Below are positions 30,255 to 39,915 of a stretch of 64,000 nt of DNA, in pieces (the first letter of the stretch is position 1; each line of letters begins with the position of its first letter). Origin of the DNA: Sedimentisphaerales bacterium (GTDB lineage Bacteria; Planctomycetota; Phycisphaerae; Sedimentisphaerales; SM23-30); the NCBI GenBank assembly GCA_963666285.1, contig OY762711.1; one strand, given 5' to 3'. The position numbers and the translations under genes are program-made. The notes below the pieces were generated by a model that saw nothing but the letters and a program-made list of their open reading frames with translations, did no database searches and had not been told where the DNA came from.

Positions 30255-31775
30255 CTATTTTTGTATTTCAGCCAATCTATAACAACGCATTTCAGTGAAA
30301 TCTCTAACTACCAGTAAGCCATCGGCAATTGCCATTAATCCCCAGGATTCTCTGCCAAATAATATTTGCTGCCTGGTTAGTAAATTATATTTATCTGATG
30401 TTAATTCAACCAGACTTAAAGTACCATGATCATCGAGTGCAATAAGTTGGTTATTAACTATCATGAACGGGCTGTCACCATATTTGTCATTAACAGGCGA
30501 TTCCCACATTATGTTTGCATCGAAATCAAGACATACAAGTCTTTTGTCTTGCCTGATGCCATATATATGGTCATCGTAAATAACCGGAGTGTGTTGAACG
30601 GCACCAAAAACGGTTGCAGGCTTGGTATATACCATTTGAGCCGAGTAATTAATGTTTTCATAAGTGCTTAATGTTTCGAGATTTGTGTTTTCTGGTAAAT
30701 TATCTGATTTATCAGAATCGACGTTTTTGGTCCGATAAACTTTAAGTAGGGCGCATCCCTTATTATACCCTGCACAGAGAAACAGACGGCCTTCGCCGAT
30801 ATATATGGGTGTTGGGACATTTGTTCTCATTGACCAATCATAATTAACCCATAATTTCTTTCCAGTCTGTGCGTCGATACCGCATATGCCGCCGTCACCG
30901 CAATATACATACATTTGATGACCGTCAAGCTCTATTGGCATAATACTTGAATGAGTCATTGCCCATTTATCATCATTTGGTGTTTCCCATATAATATCTC
31001 CTGTTGCACAATCAACAGCGATCATTAGTTTAGAACCGGCTGGTGCTAATATTGCTTTATTGTCTATGATAATTGGGCATTGTGAAGCGTGCCAGAGCGG
31101 AACTTTTGTGCCGTATTCAGCGACCATATCTATATGCCAGAGTTTTTTGCCAGTTTTTCTTTCCGCACAAACCACATGGCATCTGGGGCCAATTGTTACA
31201 ATGAACTCATCAGTTACTGCCGGAATTGAACGGCTCATGCCATGATCACGTTTAACTTTGATCGGGTATGATAAATTCCAGATATCAGTTCCGGTTTTTA
31301 ATGAAATTGCCCGGATAACATCTTTTTCCTTTTCGGTGTCATAATCAAGCATGTAAACAATTCCATTGTATATTGTAGCTCCAGCATAACCTTCGCCAAC
31401 CGGGATAGCCCAAATTGATTTCAAAGGATCAGTTTCCCAATTCTGGATTACCTGGTATTTATCATTTTCCCAATTTGCATTACGATTTGGTCCGCGAAAA
31501 TGCGGCCAGTTTTCGCTGGGAATAATTTCAATATGCGGTAACTGCGTTGGTGCAGGAGTCGGATCCGGCTGATAAGCTCCGGTAGGGGTCGCCAATATAT
31601 TAAGAGCAAATTCGAGCTCTCCCCCCTGCTTGTTTGCCCCCCCTTCCGGTCTATTATCCAGACCTGGGACCCTCACAGGTAATGTTACAGGGTCCGGAAT
31701 GACAACTTGCCAAGCAGCAATAGTTATCAATAAGGTTGAAACTATTACAACTATGATTGTTTGATATTCTTTCAT
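30255..31775 (-). CDS. PQQ-like beta-propeller repeat protein (BamB-like)
   Basis: WPHFRGPNRN; repeated A/C.D..TG...W blades; N-terminal anchor. Confidence 0.85.
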   Translation of the reverse strand: MKEYQTIIVVIVSTLLITIAAWQVVIPDPVTLPVRVPGLDNRPEGGANKQGGELEFALNILATPTGAYQPDPTPAPTQLPHIEIIPSENWPHFRGPNRNANWENDKYQVIQNWETDPLKSIWAIPVGEGYAGATIYNGIVYMLDYDTEKEKDVIRAISLKTGTDIWNLSYPIKVKRDHGMSRSIPAVTDEFIVTIGPRCHVVCAERKTGKKLWHIDMVAEYGTKVPLWHASQCPIIIDNKAILAPAGSKLMIAVDCATGDIIWETPNDDKWAMTHSSIMPIELDGHQMYVYCGDGGICGIDAQTGKKLWVNYDWSMRTNVPTPIYIGEGRLFLCAGYNKGCALLKVYRTKNVDSDKSDNLPENTNLETLSTYENINYSAQMVYTKPATVFGAVQHTPVIYDDHIYGIRQDKRLVCLDFDANIMWESPVNDKYGDSPFMIVNNQLIALDDHGTLSLVELTSDKYNLLTRQQILFGRESWGLMAIADGLLVVRDFTEMRCYRLAEIQK

Positions 31776-31790
31776 TCAGTTGCGTTATAC

Positions 31791-32750
31791 TTAAAAATCT
31801 ATATTTTTTATCATCCCTTTAGAATCGAATTCCATTCTATCAACACAGATTTGCCTGGTAAGCTCTTCGGGGTTATAAGGCAATGCGTGACGATGGTAAA
31901 ATATGTACCATTTATTGTTATATTTCAAGACTGAATGATGCCCGGGGCCATAAACGTCGTTTTTGGGGTCAGATTTGAGGATTGGGCTGTTTTCTGCCTG
32001 TTTGAATGGCCCAAAAGGATTGTCTCCGATAGCATATCTAACTTTGTATGTATCGTTTATACATTTACCATCAGAATACATTAAATAATATTTCCCGTTA
32101 TTTTTGACCATAAATGGAGCTTCAAAATATCCTTCAGGGGTAACCTCTTTAACCTCACTAGCAAAAGAACACATGTCTTTGCCAAGCTTGACGACTAAAC
32201 AATGACCGTTTACCCAATTCCAGCCAGATCCCCAGTACAAGTATGCCTGACCGTCATCATCGATAAAAGCTTCAGCATCAATTTCATGTACGCCATCTCG
32301 GAAATCACCCGGGATAAGTGGTTTGTCACCTAATGGATTATGCCATGGACCTTCTGGTTTGTCAGCTTTTCCTACCCAAACTTCAGAACCCACTGAGACA
32401 TACATGTAGAATTTTCCATCAGTGCCTTTGATAACTGACGGAGCCCACACAGTATGCTCATTTGAAGTAGGTGAAGTACACGCCTGTTTTGTTGGCCAGT
32501 TAAGCTGCAGACGCTCAAAGTTAATCATGTCAATGGTCTTCAGTAACGCTAATTCATTACCGCCCCATGGATCAATGGTTGCGTAAATATATAAATACCC
32601 ATCATGAACGACAACACTAGGATCTGCAAACAAACCGTCAATTAAGGGGTGTGCAGGCTCAATTGAATCTAATTTACCTATATTAGATGAATTACAGCCG
32701 GCGATAGCAATTAAACATGCTAAAAATAGAAACATACAACACTTTTTCAT
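31791..32750 (-). CDS. GH43 glycoside hydrolase, lipoprotein
   Basis: Lipobox IAGC; FADPS, WAP, IDAEAFIDDDG, EAP, GPGHH. Confidence 0.9.
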   Translation of the reverse strand: MKKCCMFLFLACLIAIAGCNSSNIGKLDSIEPAHPLIDGLFADPSVVVHDGYLYIYATIDPWGGNELALLKTIDMINFERLQLNWPTKQACTSPTSNEHTVWAPSVIKGTDGKFYMYVSVGSEVWVGKADKPEGPWHNPLGDKPLIPGDFRDGVHEIDAEAFIDDDGQAYLYWGSGWNWVNGHCLVVKLGKDMCSFASEVKEVTPEGYFEAPFMVKNNGKYYLMYSDGKCINDTYKVRYAIGDNPFGPFKQAENSPILKSDPKNDVYGPGHHSVLKYNNKWYIFYHRHALPYNPEELTRQICVDRMEFDSKGMIKNIDF

Positions 32751-32771
32751 TTAAGTCCCTTTCGATAATGA

Positions 32772-34715
32772 TTATGTTCTTTTGAACATTTTCCGTAACT
32801 CGTTCAATGTTATAGTAATTGTAGTTGGTCTTCCATGCGGGCAATTTCCAGATCGATTTACAATTGGACGCTGAGCCAGTAACTCTCGAATTTCATCTTC
32901 TGAAAGCGGGTCACCAGCTTTAACAGCAGCTTTACATGCCATCATATCTAAAATGCTGTGTAAAAGTTCTTCACGAGATAATTTACCGGAGTTTTCACTT
33001 AATTTATCCAGCATCTCAATAACTATTTCAGACGGATTAGCCCTGTCCAGCAGTTGAGGGAATGAATTGATTGCAACGGTATTGGGTCCAAATTGCTCTA
33101 ATTCTATGCCAAGTTCTTTCAATGTTTCTTGATTTGATTCTATAACCGCGAGCTGGTCAGAAGTAACATCGACAGTTTCAGGGATCAATAACCGTTGGGC
33201 CGGCATATTCCCGGATAGAAATCGTTCATTCAATTGCTCATAAATAATTCGCTCGTGTAATGCATGCTGGTCAATTATAGTAACACCCTGGTTGTCCTGT
33301 TCGATAATAAATGAATTATGAACCTGCAATACGGGTAGATTGAAACCTGGCTCATCAGTTATGAGATCAGTATTTTGAGGATTAACAGAAGGATTAGATA
33401 TATCAGAATTGATATTGGAAACAGACTCATATTGTCTATTGTTTGCAATAAATGGTTTTTCAGCCTGCCTTAAAGTTGGATTTTCAGTTTTACTATTTAT
33501 CGAAGGGTGAGCAGCCGTAAAGTTCATCTGCTGTTGAGGTTGGGATTGAGTCGGCGTGTTCTTAAAGAAGTCCAGCAATGCTTTACGAGTTTCTACAACC
33601 CTGGGATTTTCAACTGTATCACTAGCGGCATTGATATCTGATGTTTGACGGTCAATATTCTCTATGGCCGGCGATTGCGGCTCGGAAGATTTGGATATTG
33701 ATTCCGCCTTGACATCTACAGTCATACCTCCGCCAAGCAGTTTGTCGCGGATAGCAGCCAAAACCTGAGAATGAACAGAATTGGAGTCGGCAAACCTGAC
33801 TTCTATTTTGGTAGGATGAACATTAACATCGATCTGATCAGGTGCCACATTTATAAAAAGAAAGACAACAGGCTGACGGTTAACCTCCATAAGTGACCTG
33901 TATCCTTCCCGGATAGCGTGAGAAACAAACTTGTCGCGTACGAACCTGCCATTAACGAACACGTACTGCCATTGACTGCCGGATCGTGCCTGCTGAGGGC
34001 GACCGATTAAACCGCTGATAGAAACACCACGATCGTTTCTAGCGATAGGGATCAAATCGGCAGCTAAATCGTTACTGAATAAAGCAGCGATACGTTCTCT
34101 CAGGCCCTGGCCGCCGGGCAGATCTTTTAATTTTCTGCCGTTATGGGTTAAGGTGAAATGGACAGCTTCATTTGCTAAAGCAATTCGGGTAAACTGCTCA
34201 CTTATATGATTCATTTCGGTATTAGCTGTTTTGAGGAATTTACGACGGGCAGGAGTATTAAAGAACAGATTTCGTATGGAAAATGCGGTGCCCTGGGGAC
34301 CGGGAGCAGGAACAGGTCCGTTAATATCACCACCAAAATCAGTAATTTTGGAAGCTTCTATTTCCGTTTCAGGTCTGCTTATAATCTCCATCTGGGAAAT
34401 TGAGCCAATACTGGCAACAGCTTCGCCACGGAACCCCATGGTGGAAATATTAAATAGATCTTCCTCGCTGGATAATTTACTGGTAGCATGGGGCATTACA
34501 CACTTTGCCAGATCGTCAGAACTCATGCCAATGCCATCATCCTGTATCTGGATAAGTTTTTTTCCGCCATCTTCAATGGTAACATCGATTCGCATAGCAC
34601 CGGCATCAAGCGAGTTTTCCATCAGTTCTTTTACAACACTGGCCGGACGCTCGACAACCTCGCCTGCAGCGATTTTATTAACTAAATTTTGCGGTAGTAT
34701 ATTTATTTTTGACAT
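32772..34715 (-). CDS. mutL: DNA mismatch repair endonuclease MutL
   Basis: KIAAGEVVERPASVVKELMENSLDA, GFRGEA, DQHALHERIIYE, CPHGRP. Confidence 0.97.
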   Translation of the reverse strand: MSKINILPQNLVNKIAAGEVVERPASVVKELMENSLDAGAMRIDVTIEDGGKKLIQIQDDGIGMSSDDLAKCVMPHATSKLSSEEDLFNISTMGFRGEAVASIGSISQMEIISRPETEIEASKITDFGGDINGPVPAPGPQGTAFSIRNLFFNTPARRKFLKTANTEMNHISEQFTRIALANEAVHFTLTHNGRKLKDLPGGQGLRERIAALFSNDLAADLIPIARNDRGVSISGLIGRPQQARSGSQWQYVFVNGRFVRDKFVSHAIREGYRSLMEVNRQPVVFLFINVAPDQIDVNVHPTKIEVRFADSNSVHSQVLAAIRDKLLGGGMTVDVKAESISKSSEPQSPAIENIDRQTSDINAASDTVENPRVVETRKALLDFFKNTPTQSQPQQQMNFTAAHPSINSKTENPTLRQAEKPFIANNRQYESVSNINSDISNPSVNPQNTDLITDEPGFNLPVLQVHNSFIIEQDNQGVTIIDQHALHERIIYEQLNERFLSGNMPAQRLLIPETVDVTSDQLAVIESNQETLKELGIELEQFGPNTVAINSFPQLLDRANPSEIVIEMLDKLSENSGKLSREELLHSILDMMACKAAVKAGDPLSEDEIRELLAQRPIVNRSGNCPHGRPTTITITLNELRKMFKRT

Positions 34716-34899
34716 AATAATATGGTTATATTCCAGTAAGCTTTCGTATTATGCAGCTTGAAAAGTGCGAAAGTTAACTTCTGTTTGGGGATAATTATTC
34801 TTTACTTTTTATATGGCAATCACTTACAATTGCATTTTAATAATTGTAGCTGAATTTTCTGCCAAAAGCAATTACAGATTGTAACACAGGTGTAAATAG

Positions 34900-35430
34900 T
34901 TGGAAATTAAGAAATTAGATGAACTGACAAGTTTATTGTCAGCAGAAAACCCACCAGTAATCGATACCGTGGATTGTGAAGTCAGTGTATTTGAACTGGC
35001 AAAAAACGATTGCGTGAAAGCACTTGAAGATATTGCAAAAGCTATCGAACTGGCCGGGCAGCTGGAAATGAAATATTGCAATGCTAATCCAGACCGTAAA
35101 AGTAAGTTAAATCCCCATCAAGCCATAGCCGTAGTTATCAGGGGAATCAACTCAACTGAAAGTCTGCCTGGGTATGAAAGTGGTATGAATAATCTTTACT
35201 TTTCATTGGAAAAGCTATGTGAAATAGTTTCTGTTAAGGGTATCTGGCTGCTAATTGAGAATCCGTCAGAGAAGTTATTGTTTTCACCTCTGGAATTGAG
35301 AGAGTTAATAGATAATTTATCATGCCCATGGTTAGGTATATTATTTAATGAGAATAACGTTCCAACCAGCAGTAATATTGATGACTGGATAAAGATACTG
35401 GGAAAACGAATAAGAATATTCATGAAATAA
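34900..35430 (+). CDS. Hypothetical protein, degenerate sugar-phosphate isomerase/TIM-barrel-like
   Basis: LLIENP...SPLELRELID...WIKILGKRI resembles xylose-isomerase-like barrels; TTG start. Confidence 0.5.
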   Translation: MEIKKLDELTSLLSAENPPVIDTVDCEVSVFELAKNDCVKALEDIAKAIELAGQLEMKYCNANPDRKSKLNPHQAIAVVIRGINSTESLPGYESGMNNLYFSLEKLCEIVSVKGIWLLIENPSEKLLFSPLELRELIDNLSCPWLGILFNENNVPTSSNIDDWIKILGKRIRIFMK

Positions 35431-35521
35431 TTCTTAGTGCTGCAAGTCTGGATTATCGTATAATTACATTTACTTGACGTAATACTGAATAGTTTGCGGG
35501 CAATCAAAAAGCAGATAATTG

Positions 35522-38500
35522 TTATAATTTGACACTTTGGCCCGGCTTTAGAAAATACAAATAACAATTAGAGACACTATTCCCGGTAATTTCTTTAACC
35601 GCCCTACTGTAAAAATCAAGCTGGAATTTATAGTGTGCAGCCCGTTTTGAAATCTCAACGCCTTTGACATTGTCAGTTTTGAAATCGATAATTGTATAAG
35701 AACGGCCATCCCAGACAAGACAGTCGATAATACCACGGACAATTACAATATCATTATTATGATCGATTATTTGCATTATTTCAGGGTATACTTCATCAGC
35801 AGCAGCAACTTTTAATGTAAATTCCCATTCTCGATATACAGTATCGTACCTGGAAATTAATAATGTACCAATATCAGAATTAAACAACGTTTCAATTGAC
35901 TCTAAATCAATATTTTTTGCTTGCCTGGCGGTGAAATTTCCTGAAGAAACCATGTTTTCCAGCTGTTCTGTCAGCCCGGATGTATCTAATGCAGAAGTCA
36001 GATCTAATAACTCTATAAATCTATGTGTCAATACTCCTTTTTCCGCAGCGGAAATCTTACCGGAACCGGTTTCCATAAATAACGGCTTTCGAGAAAAATC
36101 CAATATAGAATAACTCTCCAGGGTATCGTCAACAATTTTCTGGTGGTCAATAATGTCGTCATACTCAATTGCACTATCCAATGTTGCATTCATTGCTGTA
36201 ACACTTGCCCTGGCCTGGCATGAAGTGATATTAAGGTTTGGATATTGCCACTTAACCATCCTGCTGATGTTGTCTGAATCACCTGAGTACTGATCTGTGT
36301 CTAATACTGAATGAATATTTATGTCTGTATTAGAAGTATTTGATGATGATAATAATTTACTACCTATATCATTAATAATGTCAGAATTATATACTTGAAC
36401 TGCTACGTGAGGAATATTGATATTATCGCCAATTGAGATGCCTGAAATCTGTTCAAAATCCGGATGGCCGGATAATGCAGCAGCATACCAATCCAAAGGA
36501 CATTTGGCTGATGCCAGAAGATTGGCAGGTAATACAGTTATTTTTTCTGAACTATTAGGAGCGGCAATATTGGCTATTCTTCTTTCAGTTATGATATCTG
36601 AACAATAATTGGATAATTTATCTATTGAAGTATCAGCAAAAAGAATCAGGTGCTCCTTGGCGCGTGTTAAGGACACATATTGTACCCTCATTTCTTCATA
36701 CAAACATTTAAGGCGTTCTTTCTCAGTTAAGATAGCATACGGCAGAGTTTTCCAGGATTCACCAGTTGCCGGATCACGCAGCCTAAGAGCTATACCCCCC
36801 TCTTCTGCCTGGGCAAAGAAAACCGGCTTTGACAGGTCTCTCAAATTAAACTTTTTACCTAGTCCGGCAGCTATAACAACAGGAAATTCAAGCCCTTTAC
36901 TCTTATGTACACTCATTAACTGGACAACATTGTCTGACTCAGATAAAATATGAGCCGGGCCAAAATCTTCTGAAGGCTGACTGCTCAAGTCTTCTATAAA
37001 TCTAAGAAACCGTCCTAGCCCCTGTGTACTGAATGAATCATAATCTTTTGCAGTATTATAAAGATGAATAAGATTGGCATATCTCTGTCTACCATCAGGC
37101 ATCCCTCTATAGTGCGTCAGCATATTAGTGTGAGAATAAATATTACGAATAAGGGCAGCAAGAGTTCCGGAACGTGCCAGATCTCTCCATAAGTTAATAT
37201 CCTCCAGAAACATAGCTAACCTGCTACGCAAAGAGTCGTTAGAGCCTTTATCAATATAAACCATAACTGCAGAATAGAACGAATTATCTGGAAATGCATC
37301 TCTAATATGAGCCAGGTTATCTTCAGTTAAACCAACGTAAAAGCTTCGTAAAGCTGCGGCTAAGGCTATATCCTGTCGTGGGTTATCAATAAGCTGCAAA
37401 ATACTCATGATGTTTGAAATTTCCACCGAATCAAAAAAGCCCCCTTCCTGCTGTACAAATAATGGTATTCCGCACTGATCAAATACTTCTGAATATATTT
37501 GCGCCTGTGATTTTGGGGATCTCAATAAAATCACAATGTCTTTATATGTGACAGGTCGTATTTGCCTGCCAGAAGGACATAAAATATTGAACTCTGAACT
37601 ATCAACTATTTGCCTGATGCGATTGGCAACCATAGCTGCTTCTCGTCTTGTAGAATCACAAAGCTCATTATTATCCGAGTTAAGTTCACAGTTATTATCA
37701 ATCAAATGGAGCTCAATCGGAGTGTCGTACTTACCTTTATAATTATCAGAATGCTCATCATAAAAAGATGCCCCAAACAGCATACGACCATCGCCGGAGT
37801 AGTCATATCCGCCAAATTCCTTACTAATGCATTTTTCAAATACATAATTCACAAAATTGATAATTTCTTCCCTGGAACGAAAATTCTTACTCAGTTCAAT
37901 CCGCGATGGAACTCCAGTGGATTGCTCCAGTTCAATTTCACCATCAAATGTCGGTTGATACGATTTATGTTTGCTCAAAATTATATCAGGGTCAGCCTGC
38001 CTGAAACGATAAATGCTCTGTTTTAAATCGCCAACCATAAACATATTACCCTTTTGAGGGTCAGGCTTTTTTATGATTTCAAATAGAGCTTCCTGTAAAG
38101 GGGAAATATCCTGATACTCATCAACTAAAATATATTTATATAGTTTCTGCTGCTCAATTGCAGCTATTGACGGTCGGCCATTATCATTTAATATTGCCAA
38201 GAGCTTGCGGCTTATGTCTGAATAGTCTAAAACCTTGTTGGATTTTTTATATTGTTGATACCTTACATCGAACTCAGTATAAAGTTTAATAATAATCTCT
38301 ATATGCGGGGTTACTGCATTGATTTGGCGAATTAAAGTATTCGAATCAATCAGTAATTCAGCAGGTATTCTTTTTAACGTTTCTTTGACGTTTTTAATAA
38401 TATACGTAATAGCTTCTTTTTCATTTATATCGACACCTTTACTTTTAGAGGAAAGTCTTTTTGAGACAGGTAAAGTGTCGATATTATTTAATATATTTTT

Positions 38501-39313
38501 ACTTACATCACCAGAATAAGATTGAAGCTTTCTATGTGCATCCTGCAATATTTCCAGAGTAGGTGATATGTATTCTCTATAGTGCCCTACTGTAGAAAAT
38601 ACTCCGAGGAGATTCTCACCTATGCTTAATTGAGATATCAGTAATTCGATATGATTTGTTAATGCTGCATGCTGGATCTTTTGGAAGTAATTATACTTAT
38701 CTTCTATTTGACAAGAGCCTGGCTCGCAAAAATTCAATAAATTTTCACTGTCAATTAAACTATCAATAAAAAATCCTAGCGAACGAATTATTGCCGGAAC
38801 CTGCGAATCATCTCTGCGTCCTCCATAAGCACGCACAAAATTATAGAATTTATTGATATCAATTTCAGCTTGACCGGAATAAAACTCTTCCAAAATCTCA
38901 TCTATGAGATTAGATAAAATTAGAGATTTTTCCTTCGGATCAATAATTTCAAATGAGGGGTCAATATCAGCAAGATAAAAATACTCTTTCAGCAATGATG
39001 AACTATATGAATCTATAGTGCAGATTTTTGCACAGTTCAACATAGATAGCTGTCGCCTGGCGTGAAAATCATTAGGATTGTCTTCGACATGCTTGAGTAA
39101 ACGGTCACCAATACGTTTGCGCATTTCAGCTACTGCTGCACGGGTAAATGTAACTACAAGTATCTTGTCAATATCACAAGGATTTTGAGGGTTAATTATC
39201 AGTTCGAGGAACCGCTCTGTTAATACTGCAGTTTTACCTGATCCCGCGGAAGCAGTTAAAAGTAAGTCAGAATCTGTCTTATAAATAGCTTTTTGCTGCT
39301 GAATAGTCCACAT
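35522..39313 (-). CDS. addA: ATP-dependent helicase/nuclease AddA (UvrD helicase plus PD-(D/E)XK nuclease)
   Basis: ASAGSGKT, DEYQD, VGDLKQSIYRFR, HKSKGLEF, YVSLTRAKE, GIID...IIDFKT. ORF is open from 39334; likely start is MWTIQQ. Confidence 0.9.
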   Translation of the reverse strand: MWTIQQQKAIYKTDSDLLLTASAGSGKTAVLTERFLELIINPQNPCDIDKILVVTFTRAAVAEMRKRIGDRLLKHVEDNPNDFHARRQLSMLNCAKICTIDSYSSSLLKEYFYLADIDPSFEIIDPKEKSLILSNLIDEILEEFYSGQAEIDINKFYNFVRAYGGRRDDSQVPAIIRSLGFFIDSLIDSENLLNFCEPGSCQIEDKYNYFQKIQHAALTNHIELLISQLSIGENLLGVFSTVGHYREYISPTLEILQDAHRKLQSYSGDVSKNILNNIDTLPVSKRLSSKSKGVDINEKEAITYIIKNVKETLKRIPAELLIDSNTLIRQINAVTPHIEIIIKLYTEFDVRYQQYKKSNKVLDYSDISRKLLAILNDNGRPSIAAIEQQKLYKYILVDEYQDISPLQEALFEIIKKPDPQKGNMFMVGDLKQSIYRFRQADPDIILSKHKSYQPTFDGEIELEQSTGVPSRIELSKNFRSREEIINFVNYVFEKCISKEFGGYDYSGDGRMLFGASFYDEHSDNYKGKYDTPIELHLIDNNCELNSDNNELCDSTRREAAMVANRIRQIVDSSEFNILCPSGRQIRPVTYKDIVILLRSPKSQAQIYSEVFDQCGIPLFVQQEGGFFDSVEISNIMSILQLIDNPRQDIALAAALRSFYVGLTEDNLAHIRDAFPDNSFYSAVMVYIDKGSNDSLRSRLAMFLEDINLWRDLARSGTLAALIRNIYSHTNMLTHYRGMPDGRQRYANLIHLYNTAKDYDSFSTQGLGRFLRFIEDLSSQPSEDFGPAHILSESDNVVQLMSVHKSKGLEFPVVIAAGLGKKFNLRDLSKPVFFAQAEEGGIALRLRDPATGESWKTLPYAILTEKERLKCLYEEMRVQYVSLTRAKEHLILFADTSIDKLSNYCSDIITERRIANIAAPNSSEKITVLPANLLASAKCPLDWYAAALSGHPDFEQISGISIGDNINIPHVAVQVYNSDIINDIGSKLLSSSNTSNTDINIHSVLDTDQYSGDSDNISRMVKWQYPNLNITSCQARASVTAMNATLDSAIEYDDIIDHQKIVDDTLESYSILDFSRKPLFMETGSGKISAAEKGVLTHRFIELLDLTSALDTSGLTEQLENMVSSGNFTARQAKNIDLESIETLFNSDIGTLLISRYDTVYREWEFTLKVAAADEVYPEIMQIIDHNNDIVIVRGIIDCLVWDGRSYTIIDFKTDNVKGVEISKRAAHYKFQLDFYSRAVKEITGNSVSNCYLYFLKPGQSVKL

Positions 39314-39317
39314 ATAA

Positions 39318-39344
39318 AGAAAAAAGCCGGACATAACCGGCTTT
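39318..39344 (-). terminator. Intrinsic terminator after the hydrogenase genes
   Basis: Minus strand AAAGCCGG-TTATGT-CCGGCTTT followed by TTCTTT. Confidence 0.65.
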
Positions 39345-39358
39345 AAAATACTAAATAA

Positions 39359-39871
39359 TTATTCGTACCTGGCTAAAAGGCTTTCAATATCTTCGGGCTT
39401 CACACACGCATGGACATCATCATTAATAATAACTACCGGTGCTAAACCACAGGTACCTAAACAACGTGAAGCATCAAGCGTATAAAGCTTATCTTGTGAA
39501 GTCTCGCCTGGCGTTATACCTTTAAGCTCAGTAATTTTGTCAATAATCTGCTGGGCACCTTTAACATAACATGCAGTTCCGAGGCAAACATTAATGATAT
39601 TTTTCCCACGCTCTTTTAATCGGAAAAAATGGTAAAAAGACGCTACTCCGCTTACTTGTGATGCCGGGACATCTAATAAAAGTGCAACAGCATCAAGCTG
39701 CTTACTGCTAAGCCAGCCATTTATTGCCTGAACCTTGTGTAAGACGTTAATTAACTCACTTTCCGATCTTTCTTTCTGAAGACACTCGTTAATAAACTCA
39801 ACAACTTCAGGTGTCAGCGTTGCTTTGGCTTCATCATAGACTTTATTGATATTTTCATTTAATTCTTGCAT
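39359..39871 (-). CDS. NuoE/HydC-like thioredoxin-fold [2Fe-2S] hydrogenase subunit
   Basis: VCLGTACYVKGA, CLGTCGLAP; ORF is open from 39898. Confidence 0.9.
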   Translation of the reverse strand: MQELNENINKVYDEAKATLTPEVVEFINECLQKERSESELINVLHKVQAINGWLSSKQLDAVALLLDVPASQVSGVASFYHFFRLKERGKNIINVCLGTACYVKGAQQIIDKITELKGITPGETSQDKLYTLDASRCLGTCGLAPVVIINDDVHACVKPEDIESLLARYE

Positions 39872-39915
39872 GATTCTATTCCGTAAAATTATGAACATCT
39901 TAACTATTGAATATA

